A DNA stretch of 64,000 nucleotides from Setoptus koraiensis (GCA_048013815.1 CM106585.1:10230001-10294000), one strand, 5' to 3'; positions 11,087-24,200 are shown, counted from the first letter of the stretch. A program made the numbers and translations. The notes: generated by a model not told the origin, from the sequence alone.

Positions 11087-12625
11087 CACCTTTTGGGCTA
11101 TGCGGGCCAGAAAGAATACTTGTATGACGACATTTAGTAAGTAGATATTCCCCAAACTAACTACAATCACCAAAGGCCAGTTGCTGACACAATTCTTACA
11201 ATAGAAAGCAACTAGACAGACACTTAATATCCAAGTGTATGTGCAAAGAGATATAAGAATATCTATATCGGTCCTATCTGTAAATATCTCTTTTATCAAT
11301 TTAAATTCAAACAGGAACTGATGCAGAATCATAATCAACTTTTCACATCGAGTTTCAAACTGAGTTTGTTCCAACTGTGTTTGCGATAGATCAGGTAGTG
11401 TTTTCCTCCTGCTATTTTGGATAGCTATCATATCAAGATCGTTTTTCCTATGACCACAGTCTCTACGAGCTAGAGTTTGCTTTGATCTTTTCTCTTCCCT
11501 CTCCTCAGTGCAGTTGTAAAACTTCTTGAAATATGATAATTGGCTGACACCATTGTTATGACTGTTTCTTGCCGTGCGTAACTGATCAATAAAATGAATT
11601 AGTTGAATATTGTAAATATACAATCTACTTGACAGAATAACTGATGGAATCATCAATATAAAGGGATCACCCAAGCTGGCGACAGTGATTAATATTATCA
11701 ACATCATGTCGATTCTCTGTAGGCAGCAGATAAAGATGTTCCGCCCGAAGTAGCCACTTTGACCATAGGCATCTGCTAATAAGACTGGTATTTGTGGAAT
11801 AATAAAGGTTTCCAAAACTAGTACAGAGAGGCAAATGATGACAGATGTATGTAGATGCTTTAATACACTTGTATCGAAGAACGTTTTTGTGCTGTTTGAC
11901 CAACTCGGCAAATCTAAATCCAATAGATCCTTTTTGGTCATTTCCTTCATGAACGGATATTTTTTAATCAAATGTTCCGGGGCCGGTCGATTGGAGAAAC
12001 AAAAGACCCCCATCTCTCGCAATGTCAACTTGAATGAGAATAGAAACTCAAGAATTGCCATCATCTCATGAAGGTCGGATTTTGATTTCGAAAACTGTTT
12101 AATTATGCTGGGTCTTGATATTTCACGCTTCTGGTGTCTCAGTAAATTGAACAACTTCTGGGAAAAAGAGTTTAACAAAAAACTGAACAATACCAGATTG
12201 AGCCTCCTGCGATAATCATACACTGGACCCCATGGATCTTGAGTGAAGACTCTTCTGAATAACGAGCAGCATAATGTTTTATATCCTGTGTCGGTACCAT
12301 TGGGACTGCACAAATATTTTTCGAAGTGTCTCTCTAGACCAAATCCATTATAAGAAGTTCGAATGATCCAGGTGAATATATATAGCACTTGTATGCAATA
12401 TAGAAATAATCTTGGTCTATTTTCTCTGTAAATAACAGCGAATACTCGCTGGCCGGTTCCGAATTTATTGTCGTAGTAGTAAGAAATAAACGAAAAATTA
12501 AAATACTCGATCAGCAGATAGGCCAAACTGAACAAACTGAATCTTCTAGCTTTATATTGATTCATATCGATCTTCTTCCGCCCATTGTTTGTTTGACGAT
12601 CGGAAATATATGTGTGAGGCACCAT
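10602..12625 (-). CDS. Gustatory-receptor-like 7TM ion channel, copy D (590 aa)
   Basis: complement(10602..10670,10796..10963,11090..12625). Phase-0 introns of 126 and 125 nt. Last exon LIVWITTAVYTFLQFFSAIDIN*. Confidence 0.75.
11019..11084. repeat. (AG)33 microsatellite inside intron 1 of copy D
   Basis: Perfect 66-bp AG run. On the gene strand it reads (CT)n starting directly after the GTGAG donor. Confidence 0.97.
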
Positions 12626-13674
12626 CTCAAAATGAGCAAGAAATTGAATATTTATTGCAGCTTATTGAGGATGTAATTTCTCGGTTCGCGATGATCCACC
12701 AGCTTCGTGAAATTTGTGAGTTCCTTAGGTATCAGATTAGATAGATTTTTGATTTTAGACTTGACGTACATGTCTATTGCAAGTGTCAGAAAATCTCGAT
12801 TCTTTCATATTTTTCAAATCCATACTTGATAAAATTAATGACGGAACAAGCAAAAGACTGCGATTACTAATCATGCAGCATTAAAAGAAAATAAATTGGA
12901 ATCTATCGCGGAAGTCTTAATATTTAATCCTTTCTTTACTCTAAATTAAAACTCCATCAAAATCAGCATTGATAAAAATTTCGTGATCGATTGAGCATCT
13001 CAATCAATAAGAAAATGTCTCGAAATACCCTAGTGAATTCCATTGAAGTCAGAAATATTCGTCATAAGTCATGCATATCTAACGAAAAAATCCTTACTAG
13101 CAACAAAAGAATATGTTGATTGCCCATTGACGTGCCGTTATTATATAGGGCCACCAACCTCTGTGTTCAATTCAATGGCGCAGTTATCGCATTTATTTAG
13201 GCAATCATCATCACTGTCTGGATCGATGTAGCCAACTAGGATGGCCATTATTATCACAACGACTAAGATTCCGTGACAAAAATTGTCTGAAGCTCATTGA
13301 ATATTTCAATCTGTCATCCCTATTCCGCCATCGTCTTACTTTTATATATTTGATTGAATAAACACACAGAAGAAAAATATAAAACAAAAATTTGTGAATT
13401 ATTGAAATCATGTACACAACTTTCTCGGCATCCGATCTTCCTCATTTCATTCATAATCAGTGGCTGAAGTGTCAATCGATGTCCTATTCAGTGTGTCGTT
13501 CCTATTGTTTATATTGACTACTGTTTTTCCTTCAGAGTGCTGATGGTTCTTACATAAAGTTCATTTGGCTTTTCTGGGGTTTCTTGGGCAAACTGTCTTT
13601 ATTGGTGCCACCTACACCTGTGACCCTTTAGCACCAAAACATCGATAATCCATTGTCCTTTCTCCAAGTTTTGA

Positions 13675-15709
13675 TTATTTCAATTCTAGTGAATTGGAAA
13701 ATTGAACGAATGTATACGCTGCTGTCGTTATCCATACAATAAGCTAGAAAATACATATATATATTTTGTAATATATTTGATATGTGCATGATATTAGAAT
13801 AGCAAATTTCAAATATGGTTGTCATGCATAGAAATAATGTAGATATATATCACAGTTAAATCTTGAAAAAAACAATTTTATCTAGAGTGAACCATCTTTT
13901 AACTACCATACTCACTTTCAGTAGATTTTCATTTACCACCGACACAGTTCGAAACAGAACAAACGATGTTTCTGAACCTCTCTGGAGATGCCTGGATGCC
14001 TCCAACAGCCGATAACGAATTTTGGGGTCCAATATATCTTCTGCTAATAGCAACAAAATACATCGATCAACGGTTCTGAACTTTTGTGCGATTGGGTGAC
14101 ATGGAGTTATCATTTTAGGGGGAGAAGATTGCAAAGCTTTTTTTCAATAGGTCGACATAGATCGGTCATTGTTTAGCTGTGAGAAAAAGTCATCAGGATA
14201 GTCGCTCACCTTTTGAGATATACGGGCTAGAAAGGACACTTGATTGATGATATTGATCAGAAAGAAATTTCCCATTAATCCCATTAAAATCAGAGGCCAC
14301 TCTGATTTTTGTTTCATTGAAACTAGCCACACGCTGGACATCCAACTATATGTGGCCAATGATATCAGAACATCTATATCTGTCCTATCGGTAAACACCT
14401 GCCTCAATAGTTTGAATTCATGTAATAATTGATGCAGGAGCACAATCGAATGCTCACATTGTGTTTCAAAAGATCTTTGCAGCATAACTTGCGATGAGTT
14501 TTTTCGTCCGTTATTAACGTTACATGGTGGAGGAAAAGTGTTGCTTATCGGTGAAGTTAGCTCATTTCTATTGACTGTTTCTCCTTGATGCCAAATAAGC
14601 TGAGTCTGTTCGTGATGATTTGATCTACTCCTCGAGCTCTGTCTAACTGAACGCATTTGGTTAATGAGATGATTCAATTGAGTAGTGTAGATGTATATTC
14701 TGTTTGATATAATTACCGACGCAAGGACAAGTATGAATGAATCGGTCACAGTGGAAATATCCATGATTACCATCAGAAATATGTTGATATGCTCGAGAAA
14801 GTGCATGTCGCCATCAGATTGATAGAAATCCCCCAAATACGCTAGTGCCGCCGTAACAAAAAAACCTTCAAATAGTATCAGAAAGAGGCCAAATATGGTG
14901 GCTCTAACTAGATTCCTAAATATTTTTGGTGTGCAAAGCGAACCCCCGGGATGTTGTGCCTGTAATAAATCAAACTCTATTAAGTCTTGATAAGTCATTT
15001 CTCTTATAATAGGATTTTCTATCATTGCAGATTCAGACACAGGTCGATTTAAGCAATATTGAACGTAATCTTTAAACGATAATTTAAAATCAAAGACGCT
15101 CTTGATAAGCACGACTATCTCACAGATGTTTTCCGATGGATCGTCCATGAGAGATTTGATTAGGCTAGGTCTGGAAATCGTCGACCTCTGATGTCTCACC
15201 AGACAATACAATCTTTGAACGAGGCCGTTGAATGCGACGGAGAATGCCAATATATTAAGCCTCCTTCGAAAGTCTTGCCTAGGATGAAAATGATCCCATG
15301 TAAATATTTTTTCTATTGCCGACCAATAAAGATTCTCGGTACGAGATTCCGTATCATTGGTGCGACTGCTTGATGATTGGTCTAAATATTTCGCTAAATT
15401 GAATCCATTGTAGCCACTTCGACATACCCAAGTTAGCAAGATGAGGATCTGTAGACAGTATAGAAATAACTTTAATTTATTTTCCTTGTAAATGCCAGTG
15501 ATTACTCGTTGTCGGGGACCATTCTTTTGTTCATAATATTGAGGAACCATAGAGAAGTTAGAATGTTCAATCAGCAAGTAACCGATAAAGAACACGCTGA
15601 ATCTTATAGTATTACTCTGGTCTGTGCCCTCTCGTCTATTGTTTTTGGACAATTCAGTTATCCGAACGCCTTGAAATTTCGATCCTAATGGTATAGTGTC
15701 ACCCGCCAT
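13675..15709 (-). CDS. Gustatory-receptor-like 7TM ion channel, copy E (577 aa)
   Basis: complement(13675..13743,13916..14080,14210..15709). First ATG at 15709 (the ORF track start at 15742 is TTG). Introns of 129 and 172 nt. Last exon LIVWITTAAYTFVQFSNSLELK*. Confidence 0.73.
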
Positions 15710-16885
15710 ATCAATTGATTCGGCGATAATCGGCTGCAACAATGAAATGATACTATATGAAGGGTCACCAGGGAAATGTTAATTGAAAATGTATGCCTTC
15801 AACGACTCTCTATAAAGAATATTCAAGATATTCACAGTATATCCACTTTTTGAGTGGGAATCATAATAGTCAAACGACCAAAATTGATGGTTGTGGACAG
15901 AGTGAAAGGAGTTCTCTATATATCTCAATGAATGTTTAATACTCAGTTCTTGGAATTGCCACCGCAGATTATTAAAATGGTATTCCTGTGATGATGCAGC
16001 TCTAACTCCTATCTGTGTATTTGTTTGACCATTATTAGCGGACAAATCTGATTAGTCCTCAATTATGATATCGCATCGATTTACTCATCCACAACTATAT
16101 GGAGACAAATTCAATGTCTTGATCTAGTGAATATCATAGAAAGATTTCTGGTGTCAATTTTAGTGGGTCCATCAGTACTAGTGAATAGAAAAATGGATGA
16201 CAAGATTTGGAGGACTCTTGTACAGAAACACTGAACTCGATTGAATAGTATGCAGTCAGACGCTATATGTTCAGTCGCAGATTGATCAATGGCATGCCAT
16301 ATAATGGTGAGAAGGCATACACTCAAAACTGAATTAAAGTTCGTCTGAGATATGAGCGCAAATTGATGTGAAAAGCTGCAGAATAAGGCTCGAGTCAGCA
16401 TCGATTATTAGCTAACGGCACGTAAGTAGCGTATTTTATAGAGAGGTTCATGGTCGGGAATGAAAGCTTGAACAGTCACGAACCTACATGAACTTTGCAA
16501 TCACCATCTCGATCATCAAACGGGTTGATTGTTCGCCCGATTTACATAAGCTTGATAAAATTGCATGTTTGGATACAGAAATCTGAGCTGATACTAAAAG
16601 ACGTCAAAATACCGTATACATTTTAATCTACAAGCGTGTGAATTTTCATTACATTACCGGTAATTAGTTTGGTATTCAGGGCGAGTCACTAGAGTTGCTC
16701 AAGTCGATAAGAAGATGCAATCCCACAAATGTAGCCCAAAGTGATTATCGAGTGGCTTGATTCATTCTATCTGATTGGTATTTTCGTCTGAAAAGAATGC
16801 ACCCTCTCCAACAAGTCACCGAAATAATTGGCTCAAATAAGAATTTTCCTAGTTCATTCAAGCTTGAAGCTTATATCGGCTGTTT

Positions 16886-18884
16886 TCAATTCATGTCTAA
16901 TGCGATGGAGAATTGTAAGAATGTATAGACTAACGTTGCTGTCCATGCAAAGAGCTGGGAATAACGTTGAAGAGTGATATGGATAGATTTTTGTGTTAGT
17001 AGGATGAGAAAGTGGTTCGATGGAAGTAGGAATCATCCGAAATAGATTTATTATGGTTACATAACGCAGTAGAGTATCAGAGTGCATCATAGGAACTCCT
17101 AAACTGTAATACTTACTTTAAGAAAATTTTCATTATTGACTGGTACAGTCCGAAACAAAAAAAATAATGTCTCGGATCCTGATTGCAGATGCGCGGATGT
17201 CTCCAGAATCAAGTATCGACTTTTCGCGTTCAGTAAATGCTGCTCCACCAGTACCGACAAAAGATTTCTATTAATATGTTTGAACTAATTTGAATTTGTA
17301 GCGGAAGAAAAGACTGGTCTTTGTTCTCAGATATATCAAGGAAAATACTAAAAGTCAACTATTTAGGTTGGGTTGCAGAGAATAGCTCACCTTTTCTGCT
17401 AATTTAGCTAGGAAGAATATCTGATTGATGATGAAGAGCAAAAAAAAAGTACCCACAACAATAAATACAATCTGAAGCCATCTAGAGTTATATGAATCGC
17501 AATCATGAGCAACTAGCCAAGTGCTTAGTACCCAAGCAAATGAGCACAATGATAAAAGAACATCGATGTCAGTTCTATCAGTGAATAATACCTTCACTAA
17601 TTTGAATTCTGACAATAGCTGATGCAAATGAAGAATCAATCGTTCACACCGTGCGTCCAACGATTGTTGTGGTATGGTTTGTGAGGGCTCGCGATGCATG
17701 TAAATTGAAATTCCATTGTGGAGAAAGTTTCTCAGAACTCCAATTCTCTGGCCCCGTCGATAGCTTATTGATAGTGATCGTCCAGAATAGTAGTTGTTGC
17801 TTCTATTATTTCCGTAATTGTTCCGCAAAGTGCGCAGGTGCTCAATAAACTCTATTAATTGAGAATTGAAAATTACTGATCTATCCGATACAATAGCCGA
17901 AAGTCCAACGAGAACGAAAGAATCAGCCAATGTGCAGGCATTCAGCCATATTACTAGCAACATGTCACACAACTTGAATGCATTTTGAAGATGGCTTCCG
18001 AAATTCAGTCGATTTATATACACCATTACAATCGCGTAACAAACCAATTGGAACATAACTAATGCTCCGCTGATAAAGGCACATTGGGTAAATATCCGGA
18101 ATAATTTTGCTGTGCACAACAATCCATTGTTTTCATGCATCGACATCAGGTCGAACTCTAATATATCTTCTTTTGTCATTTTCTTCAAAATTGGATGCTT
18201 TCTGATGAGATTTTCCGGCATCGGCGTATTGAGGAAACAGTAGCGCATGTATTCTTTGAATGATAATTTCAATGAAAATATGAAATTCATCAAGGACCTT
18301 ATCTCACCAATGTTAGAATTCGCATATACAAGATTTCCAATCATGTAGGGCCTCGAAACTAGGGAATTCTGGTGTCTTATTAGGCAGTGGAATCTTTGAA
18401 TGATTGAGCCAAGCGTAAATGTGAACACGAGTATGTTTATTCTCTCCCGATAATCAGTCATGGATTCGAATACATCGAATGTGAACACTTCCTTAGCAAA
18501 TGACCAAATTAATTTAGGAGGGCTGGATTCGGCGTTGTCCTCATAATTCGGATTGCTCGAATTTTTTCCGCTCAAATATTTGGCCAGATGAAAGCCATTG
18601 TACGCACTACGAGACAGCCAACTTAACAAATAAAGCATTTGCATGGAATACAGTGAAAATCTTATTTTACTGTGTCTATATACAGCAATGAATACTCGTT
18701 GTTCTGATCCGTATTTGGTGCCAGTCTCAAGAAAGTGAGGAATCAAATTCATGTTACATTGCTGAACAAACTTATAATACACATGAAATATACTGAACCT
18801 ATAGATTCGTCGATTTGCATTGTTTCGCAGATTGATTCGAACACTATTCGAGTTTAATCTTGATAGAAGATTGTTGAGCGCCAT
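16886..18884 (-). CDS. Gustatory-receptor-like 7TM ion channel, copy F (576 aa)
   Basis: complement(16886..16954,17117..17284,17391..18884). Introns of 106 and 162 nt. Exon 2 FKHINRNLL..NENFLK. Last exon LFAWTATLVYTFLQFSIALDMN*. Confidence 0.75.
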
Positions 18885-20092
18885 ATCAAAATCAGTTTTA
18901 GCAATTTTAATCAGTTGGTGTAGATCTTATAAATTTATTATGGCTAAACAAAAGGTATTTTAATCAGTTTAATTCATATATACATTTATTCTTACACTAA
19001 GTATGGGCGAAAACAGTTGATGGCTTTGAAAATCGCTGTAAAATGATTCTCAGAAGTGATTATTCGAACGAATTCCCAGAAGCAAGGCTGTTTAGATATC
19101 TAGTCTTTATCGCAGGATGCTGAGAACAAACGAATGATGAGGGACCAAAGAATGTCAGGTTTGCGTGCGCGATTGATAGCAGTACGGGATATTTATTGTC
19201 TTCGTTTGCCTCTCTTTCTTTATTAGTACTTACCCTATTGGTGTAATATAACCATATATTGAGGAGTTACTCGTTAGCTGCTGTCATCAAAGAGATGCTG
19301 ATGCTATTACAGAGATGCCGTGCAGAGAATCATTTTATTAGAATGACACGATCCGCTCAAAAATTTATTATTCAAGTTTTGCTCACCAGCGTCTTTTCCT
19401 CGAATCATTAAATATTCCATCAGTTATTGGTGAAAATTCAAGCTATCACGACGCCTCTGGTGTTCATCACCAATCAGTCAAATTTTACTTTGACTACCAT
19501 TGAGAAATTCCCATTGATTGATATACTATTGATTTGAATAGATCACAGCAATCGATCTAGCGGCAAATCAAGCGAGTCAGAATAAAGATGAGACGAAAAT
19601 ATCGATCGCTAAATCGCTTGCGGAAGTCTCATCAGCAATCGGCTATCTGAGATTTCCAATCAATGCTAACATGTAAAATGTATTTCGTCAAATTTCCACT
19701 CTCGAACTTTTTTGCCGCGATGCGTCATTGGTTGTTCCCTAGTTCAGTACTAGAATTCAGTATCCTTTTAAAATCTGAGCTCTTCCTGATGATAATAACA
19801 TGCGAAGTCTCAAGTGAATCTCTTCAGATTATTCTAAAGAGCTAGTTCACTCTACTATTGTCGTCAGCACTCCAGGCCCTTGTTGCAGGAATGAAAAATT
19901 TTAGTCTACAGTCGATCTCGTGAATTTTCGCGCGCGCTATCATCAGAGATGCAATATTATTTTATATTTTGATTTCATTTCATTATGATCACAATTGATA
20001 GTTCTTTGGTTTTTATCGAATAAACAGCATCTATTTTAGAGCGATACTCTAGATTCCGTATTTCTAACAACATTTAATTATTGACAAGCCAT

Positions 20093-23000
20093 ATGATGAG
20101 TTCGAGACCAAATCAAGAGTATAATTTCGATAGTATCCACAAGGATAACACCAAAGCAACAATAATGGACCCGAACATTATCGAGAGGTATAAGGTGCCA
20201 AGAAAGAAGATAATTTTTGTGTACATGACCTCAAAAGCTTTGTGGTTTAGCACAATCACCTGTGTGTTGTTGTGTCATCATTTCATTTCAACTTACAATA
20301 TATTTATTTACACCTTGTTCATTATTACCATTTTGTTGCCCATTCAATATCATTTGGCTGGCTATGAATCATTTAGAAACACGCATAATGTACTGCATCA
20401 TTTGAGGCATTCTCGCAAGAAACGAGATGAATTCCTACAAATAATTACTGACACTACTACATTTGATCTACCACAGTATGGCAGTAGTTCAAACTATCAA
20501 TCTAATTATGGGACAGGTCTGGGGCAAAATAAAATCGCTAACACTGATGCAAAAATTATTACAGACGTTGATCATGATACACTAATGAGATTATCATCGC
20601 CAGTGAAGAGAATAATCACATTTAAGCCCACGGACAGATTGTATCGTTGTGAATACGATCAAGTGGGAGTCAGCCATGTATGGCTAAACAAAATTATACA
20701 ATGTTGTTGGCCCTATCTTGCTGAATATTTGCAAGGTGAGATAGAGAAACTGTCCATCGATAATCCCAAGGGCATCAAATTGGACAATGGCAGTCAGAGA
20801 ATCAAATTCGAACAATTCCAATTGGGCCATACAGCGCCAGTGATAAAAAAGATTACACTAAACAAAGAAGGATTACGCAACGATGAGCTAGTGTTTGATA
20901 TACAACTATTATATAGTGGCAATTTCCTCATGTCCATCCTATATAAATATCTGTACTTTTTTTCATCTCGCGCTGGCATCAAAGATGTCTTCTTGCGCTT
21001 CAATATGCGAGTACAGTTGAGACCAATTGTTGATTCATCCCCGTTTATAGGTGGCCTTAATTTTACTTTGCTCGATTTACCCACCATTAATTACACTGGT
21101 TTAAATCTGGGCGAGGTGGCTGAGTTGAAATTCGTTCGAATATTGATGATGAATCTAATTGGTGCCTACCTATTACAGCCAGAATCAATCAGCATACCGT
21201 GGGGTAAGCCAGCCAATCTATTAACGCAAGAGTTGATGCACGAAGCCAAGTCGGAGTGTGTGAAAAGTATGAAAAAGCAGATAATGTTGTCCAGAACGGG
21301 ATCCAAAGTTGAGGATACTCGAAAATGGTCTGGTAAGCAATCTAGAAGAGTTCAGAAGCCACCTTCGAAGCGCAACAAGAGAGCTACAAGATATACCGAT
21401 TTGAGCTTTTTGGCGCCTTCAGAATTGGCCGGAACCCTCGGAACTAGACTGCAGGGCAACAATAAAAATGTAGACAAAGAGTCAAGGAAATTGAAAAATA
21501 TAATGAGCAAACTCACCGAACAACAAAAAGGCGACCTCATGAAAACAAGTACCCGGGCTATACGCGACAACGACAGCCTTTTCATCAATGATTGGGAACG
21601 TGACGTCCGTTGCCCGATACCTGCTGGAATTTGTTTAATACATTTGATTGAGGCAGTAAATTTGCCAATGGTCTCTAGCACTGTCATGAAGATGTTTCAA
21701 TCGACAAAACCCAACTCGTTTTGTAGTGTACTCATTGGTAAGCACTTATTCAACACTCCTATAGCACACGGAACTGTCAATCCGTTTTGGGGATACTCGT
21801 TTGCGGCACCTGTTCATGATATATATGATAAAATAAAATTATCCACTTTCGATAGGAGGAAATTCCTTGCCGATAGGCCAATTGGAACTGTCGAATTCAG
21901 CATTGCTTCAATGCTAAACTCATCAGCATCCAATCAAAAATCAGGACAACAATCGGCAACAAACACATTCAAAAAATTGAAAAACGGAGGTGACTGTTGG
22001 TTGCGCCTGACAAATGCTGATGCCAGCATAGATAACCAATATGTCATAAGTGATTGGCAGACAACTAATCAGTTAGATAAATGTACAAGCAAGAGTATTA
22101 AACTGGCTTCATCAATGAATGCGAGCTATATTCACATCAGGTTGGCTTTTGCCCAGCTGGATACCAAATGGAAATTATACAATCTCGATAATATGGAGGC
22201 CCTCGAAATCTGTCCTCCCATCGATATTAGCTATAGTCCCAGATTGTTGATCAGTGAAGTTTCTGGACATGGTGCCGGGAATGGTCAAATTGGTGCAGCT
22301 AGTGCAACAATCAGAAAAGTTGATCCGTATGATCGACTGATCAAAGGCCATAAGAGTAAGCGCCATGCAAATAATCAAAGTTGTGCCATTGCGTTGAGTA
22401 GAAAACATCCCTTTCCATCGGCTATAGTTACACTTTATTTAGATTGTGTTGATAGATTCAATGATGATTTGAAACATAGTAAACACTATAAATCTTACAT
22501 GCCGCACTTGGAGGTGAGTCTCAATAGTCAGAAATACACCGATATCGATTGCAATAAGTATGACCCAAACTTTAAGAATTGGCCTATCGGAAGACAACTC
22601 AATCTACTATCAAATGATGTCAACAAAGATGTCATCAATATTAAATTTAGAGGTTCAGTTTATTTTAATTCAAAATCTACAATGAAATACAATCAACGCT
22701 TGAGAGATCGTCAATTTCGTATGGCGAATATAGCACCTATAATCAATCTACAAATAGATCAACAAACAGCAGTAAGCAGCGGAGGAACCAGCGAGCTGGC
22801 CACTATTATGAGCAACACATCTTCACTTGCCAGTAGCGCCACCGATTCAGATAGCCAATATTCCAAATTGTCACATTTTACCGAACCAACAAGAAAGAAC
22901 AAGCAGCAACCAACTGACCACAAGAAGAAAACAGTAATTCCTACCATCTCAGTGAATGAACACAAGATCGAACGGGCTGCAAAGTATTCGAAACCTAAAT

Positions 23001-23770
23001 ATGATAGCTCATCCCTGAATTCTTCATCATTGGGAACAACAACATCGGCCAGTGCTACGCAAAATTCCAGCGATGACGACAGTCAAATCTTAGACGAGAA
23101 AGGTCATAAAGGTGGCCGCCGAAATGGTAAACGATTCTTGACTAGGATTGCCCAAAAATATCTAGAACATAGGGGCCTCGATCCAGACACAAACCTCCAA
23201 CTGAGCCCAAATAAAATTGCTGGTGATCTTAAAGCCGAGCTCAAATTAGAGCTAAAATCACTTTTTGATTATTCATTGCCGGATTTGGTGGTGCACCGTC
23301 GATTCGATCTCACTGTTACATCCATGCACAAAATTCTGCTCACTCCCGCCTCAAATCACAATAACAACACTCAATACAACCGGACCAAAGACCATTCATT
23401 TGATCAAAATTTACCGAGCTTAGAGCCGTTCAAACCGCCACGTTTACAGTTGTTCGCAGCATTACGTTTTGTCAGGCCAGAGCGAAAAACTCTGCAAAAC
23501 TTAGCCAAACCATTGTCGGTACTTAATTTGAACCATAAAGTTTTGTCTGATGCAAACAAAAAGAAGGATCAGACTGAGCAAGATCGTAAAGCCGAGAAGA
23601 GGAGCACTGACACTATTATCGGCGTTGATAATGATGCAATGAGATCAACCATGAATCCAATAAATGCCATAATTAAAAGGGAAGATGAACATGTTCAGTT
23701 GAAGATGATGAAAAAAATTATCGCTGACGAGATTGCAGCAAAGCATCTGCCCATGTTGGATATTAGTTGA
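20093..23770 (+). CDS. ESYT: Divergent extended synaptotagmin-like protein (TM hairpin + SMP + C2 domains), 1225 aa, intronless
   Basis: N-terminal hydrophobic hairpin. SMP-domain motifs WLNKIIQCCWPY and FNFTLLDLPTINY. C2A start PIPAGICLIHLIEAVNL and VNPFWGYSF. Degenerate second C2 (SAIVTLYLD). ATG at 20093 (20081 is TTG). Confidence 0.75.
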   Translation: MMSSRPNQEYNFDSIHKDNTKATIMDPNIIERYKVPRKKIIFVYMTSKALWFSTITCVLLCHHFISTYNIFIYTLFIITILLPIQYHLAGYESFRNTHNVLHHLRHSRKKRDEFLQIITDTTTFDLPQYGSSSNYQSNYGTGLGQNKIANTDAKIITDVDHDTLMRLSSPVKRIITFKPTDRLYRCEYDQVGVSHVWLNKIIQCCWPYLAEYLQGEIEKLSIDNPKGIKLDNGSQRIKFEQFQLGHTAPVIKKITLNKEGLRNDELVFDIQLLYSGNFLMSILYKYLYFFSSRAGIKDVFLRFNMRVQLRPIVDSSPFIGGLNFTLLDLPTINYTGLNLGEVAELKFVRILMMNLIGAYLLQPESISIPWGKPANLLTQELMHEAKSECVKSMKKQIMLSRTGSKVEDTRKWSGKQSRRVQKPPSKRNKRATRYTDLSFLAPSELAGTLGTRLQGNNKNVDKESRKLKNIMSKLTEQQKGDLMKTSTRAIRDNDSLFINDWERDVRCPIPAGICLIHLIEAVNLPMVSSTVMKMFQSTKPNSFCSVLIGKHLFNTPIAHGTVNPFWGYSFAAPVHDIYDKIKLSTFDRRKFLADRPIGTVEFSIASMLNSSASNQKSGQQSATNTFKKLKNGGDCWLRLTNADASIDNQYVISDWQTTNQLDKCTSKSIKLASSMNASYIHIRLAFAQLDTKWKLYNLDNMEALEICPPIDISYSPRLLISEVSGHGAGNGQIGAASATIRKVDPYDRLIKGHKSKRHANNQSCAIALSRKHPFPSAIVTLYLDCVDRFNDDLKHSKHYKSYMPHLEVSLNSQKYTDIDCNKYDPNFKNWPIGRQLNLLSNDVNKDVINIKFRGSVYFNSKSTMKYNQRLRDRQFRMANIAPIINLQIDQQTAVSSGGTSELATIMSNTSSLASSATDSDSQYSKLSHFTEPTRKNKQQPTDHKKKTVIPTISVNEHKIERAAKYSKPKYDSSSLNSSSLGTTTSASATQNSSDDDSQILDEKGHKGGRRNGKRFLTRIAQKYLEHRGLDPDTNLQLSPNKIAGDLKAELKLELKSLFDYSLPDLVVHRRFDLTVTSMHKILLTPASNHNNNTQYNRTKDHSFDQNLPSLEPFKPPRLQLFAALRFVRPERKTLQNLAKPLSVLNLNHKVLSDANKKKDQTEQDRKAEKRSTDTIIGVDNDAMRSTMNPINAIIKREDEHVQLKMMKKIIADEIAAKHLPMLDIS

Positions 23771-24200
23771 TACAAGTGAGTTTTAGGAATAACAATTACT
23801 ATTTAGCATTTACTCAATAAATAAAATTGCGCTAGCAAAATATTCGCAAGTCACGCGCAGCCAAAAGATGAAATCCGACACATGTGACATGTATTCCTCA
23901 TCTGCTACCTATCTATTTTCGCGAGATCTCATTTATCTGTCTAGGCTAGCGTGCTTGCAAACTCTTTTTCCTGAAGCAATTTATCTGATATCATCATACA
24001 ATAAAATCAGCAATAAATCTTTATTTGTGTGTGGGATGGAACCTCACTTCTGAATTGTATAATAATTCCTGCATCGTTGTTATATCTGGAGATAAGCATT
24101 CATTCGACAAGTCGATAATTTTGATAAATTGCCAATAAATCAACCAATTAACAGGCGGTAGACTCGAAAATATACAAGACAAAACTAGAAATCACTGCAT

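Noticed and set aside
11009-11089. C-terminal SLSLSL tail of ORF 11009-12625, and similar tails of the other array ORFs
   Set aside because: These are intron read-through translations after the conserved (K/R)/GT donor, not protein sequence.
15932-16400. FLELPPQIIKMVF on the plus strand, resembling an F-box start
   Set aside because: Immediately followed by two stops, with no further recognisable F-box/LRR sequence. Too short to support a pseudogene call.
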